From Amoebophrya sp. A120 (Eukaryota > Protista > Dinoflagellata): 64,000 nt of DNA. The DNA is taken from the NCBI GenBank assembly GCA_905178155.1, contig CAJINV010000004.1, forward strand, positions 9,096,300-9,160,299, written 5' to 3'. The position numbers and the translations under genes are program-made. Numbering within the stretch: position 1 is the first letter of the stretch; every line of letters starts with the position of its first letter. Positions 62,701 to 64,000 of this stretch are shown piece after piece. A model generated the notes under the pieces. The model ran no database searches, was not told where the DNA came from, and saw only the letters and a list, made by a program, of their open reading frames with translations.

Positions 62701-64000
62701 ACGCAGCGGGTTTTGATGACCCTCGCGAACGCCGGCGAGTGGGAGATTTTTCTCAGACTCGCGGACCAAATATCGGATAGCGACTTCTTGGCTACCCGAG
62801 TTCTGAATGGCGGTGTGGATTTGCGACGAAACACGGCGTTGGACTTGTTGCAGCGCAGATTGGTGGCTGTGGAGAAGAGTAGAGTGGGTCCCAACTCCGA
62901 ATGCTTCGAGGTCTTGGACTTTGAGGAGATGGAAAACAAACAGGAAACCGGGAATGCTAGACCTAGTAAAGGCGAAATAATAGTAAACGGGAATGTTGAG
63001 ACGGAGACGGACGCTCCTGATGTGAGAGACACATCAGATAAACCGTCAACAGGTCCACGCAAGAACGACGAGAAGATTCTAGACGCAGCCCCCGTGATGC
63101 TAAACGACAACGATCAGGACTACTTCTCGAAAAACCGAGACCGTTCGTTTCAAATCACGATTCGGGAAGACGATCCGGCAACTACAAGCCGATCGGCCTC
63201 CTCTAACCTTCTGAAACCAATGCGCAAGCACGAGCAGATTTTTGACTTCAATCTCAGCGCTGCGAATCCGCGACTACGAAATTTTGTAAACTTTCCAGCA
63301 GTAAACCCTGACGGGAAGGAGCATGACAGGAATTACAACTCGGACAACGACGGAGAGGATGACCCCTTCATGGAAGACACGACGCTCGACGTTCCCAGCT
63401 CTTTTGCAACGATGAAGAAGATGAAGAAGTCCGTCAGGTTTTCCGTGGACACAAAATTCCGTACCTACGACGGCGAAAAGCAAAAATCCGATTGGCTGTT
63501 AGAAGACGCCTTTGCGGATTTGGAAGAATTGCAGAACACATTTCGGAAGATCGAGCCGACACTGAACAACAATAACCGGCGCACGGTAGTTGTTCGCGAT
63601 CCTGTAAAGAATGGAACGACGAACGATGAAGGGGTGAGTGTAGGTGCTGTTAGAGCGAACGAAATCGCAATGCAACCAGGTCGTGAAGAGGCCCTCCTCG
63701 CGACCACTGCGGGTAGAAGTAGACAGACACACGAAGAAGGCAGCAGCAAAGCTAGTGCCTCCAGCGTGGTACGACCAAGCGGAACAACGCTGGCCGCTGC
63801 TTCAGGCGTACAACTACCGCTGCATCGGTCGGAGCTATTGCGAAGGTTCTTCCCTCCAGCATTCTTACGTGTAGCTGGGCGGGGTAATGGAATAAATGGA
63901 AATGGTGGAAATCGCATTTTTCATCACACCGCGGAACAGCAGGCCAAGATGAATATGATCTTCTTCGAGCAACTTCTTTTCTCCATCCGCGTCGAACACA
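50729..64000 (+). CDS. Very large low-complexity protein with ankyrin-like repeats, 11 introners, 3' end beyond the window
   Basis: All exons join in one frame after element+TSD removal; ankyrin-like INARDCHGRN|LLHYML and WCETPLLLAIELESLELTERI|LLHP; no stop seen after 61980. Confidence 0.75.
51037..51342. mobile_element. TIR introner, family F (~55-bp imperfect TIR)
   Basis: TATGGAAGCGTCAGGTTTGAAATCG...CGATTTCAGTCCTGACACATCCATA; TSD TCGCA. Confidence 0.9.
51413..51561. mobile_element. Family-C TIR introner
   Basis: TATGCTCTGCAAC...GATACTTTTGCAATGCATA; TSD GTTTC/ATTTC. Confidence 0.87.
54435..54757. mobile_element. TIR introner, family G
   Basis: TATCAAAAGGAAAAATCCCCCCACCCCATATCGA...TCGATATGGGGAGGGGGGATTTTTCCTCACAATA; TSD AAAAT. 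Confidence 0.9.
54802..55080. mobile_element. Family-B TIR introner
   Basis: Close relative of 8658-8936; TSD CGAGT. Confidence 0.92.
55390..55539. mobile_element. Family-C TIR introner
   Basis: TATGCATTGCAAAAGTATCGTA...CGATACTTTTGCCCAGGATA; TSD CTCGC. Confidence 0.9.
55608..55869. mobile_element. Family-A TIR introner, opposite orientation to 3977-4238
   Basis: TATCAAATGCAAAAGTGTCTGGG...CACTTTTACAGTTGATA; TSD AACTT. Confidence 0.9.
56746..56900. mobile_element. Family-C TIR introner
   Basis: TATGAACTGCAATAGTATCG...CGATACTTTTGCACAGGATA; TSD TTCTG/TCCTG. Confidence 0.88.
57303..57454. mobile_element. Family-C TIR introner (ends ATG)
   Basis: TATGCAGTGCGAAAGTATCG...CGATACTTTTGCACAGGATG; TSD CTACA. 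Confidence 0.88.
60931..61096. mobile_element. Family-C TIR introner
   Basis: TATGCATTCGCAAAAGTATTCG...CGATACTTTTGCAGTGCATA; TSD GGAAA/GGAAG. Confidence 0.87.
61150..61358. mobile_element. Family-B TIR introner, internally deleted, ends ACA
   Basis: TATCGTATATAGAAACGTCCCCA...TGGGGACGTTTTTACACAGGACA; TSD CTTCC/CTTCG. Confidence 0.85.
61766..61979. mobile_element. TIR introner, family H
   Basis: TATGCAAGAAAAAAACTATG...CACAGTTTTTTTCTTGGATA; TSD GAAAA/GAAAG. Confidence 0.87.

Noticed and set aside
1-64000. Many short ORFs containing FQTQTF, CKSIALV, KNVWVWK or SKNVPTP peptides
   Set aside because: These are translations of the element TIRs, not genes.

Overview
Eukaryotic (protist) genomic DNA. 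All genes I could reconstruct are on the + strand. The dominant feature is about 40 short (145-530 bp) MITE-like insertions from at least 7 families. Nearly all start TAT, end ATA, carry terminal inverted repeats (TIRs) and are flanked by a 5-bp direct repeat (TSD). They sit inside coding sequence, lack GT-AG boundaries, and removing the element plus one TSD copy restores the reading frame in every case I traced, so they behave as non-canonical 'introner' introns. This resembles the IR/DR introners reported in the parasitic dinoflagellate Amoebophrya; the taxon is my inference. Ordinary GT-AG introns also occur. Genes: a multi-copy Cys-rich protein family, a fragmentary hypothetical gene in 3 copies, a PPR protein with an N-terminal hydrophobic leader, a ~2240-aa LicD/fukutin-like protein, otubain, an FXR/FMR1-like KH protein and a very large ankyrin-containing gene with 11 introners. 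The first 21 kb is a rearranged patchwork of segmental duplications, a retroelement RNase H fragment, and unrelated fragments separated by a recurring ~55-bp sequence. Near-identical copies differ by precise element presence/absence, by different elements at the same site, and by one nested insertion. Coordinates were counted by hand and may be off by 1-2 nt.
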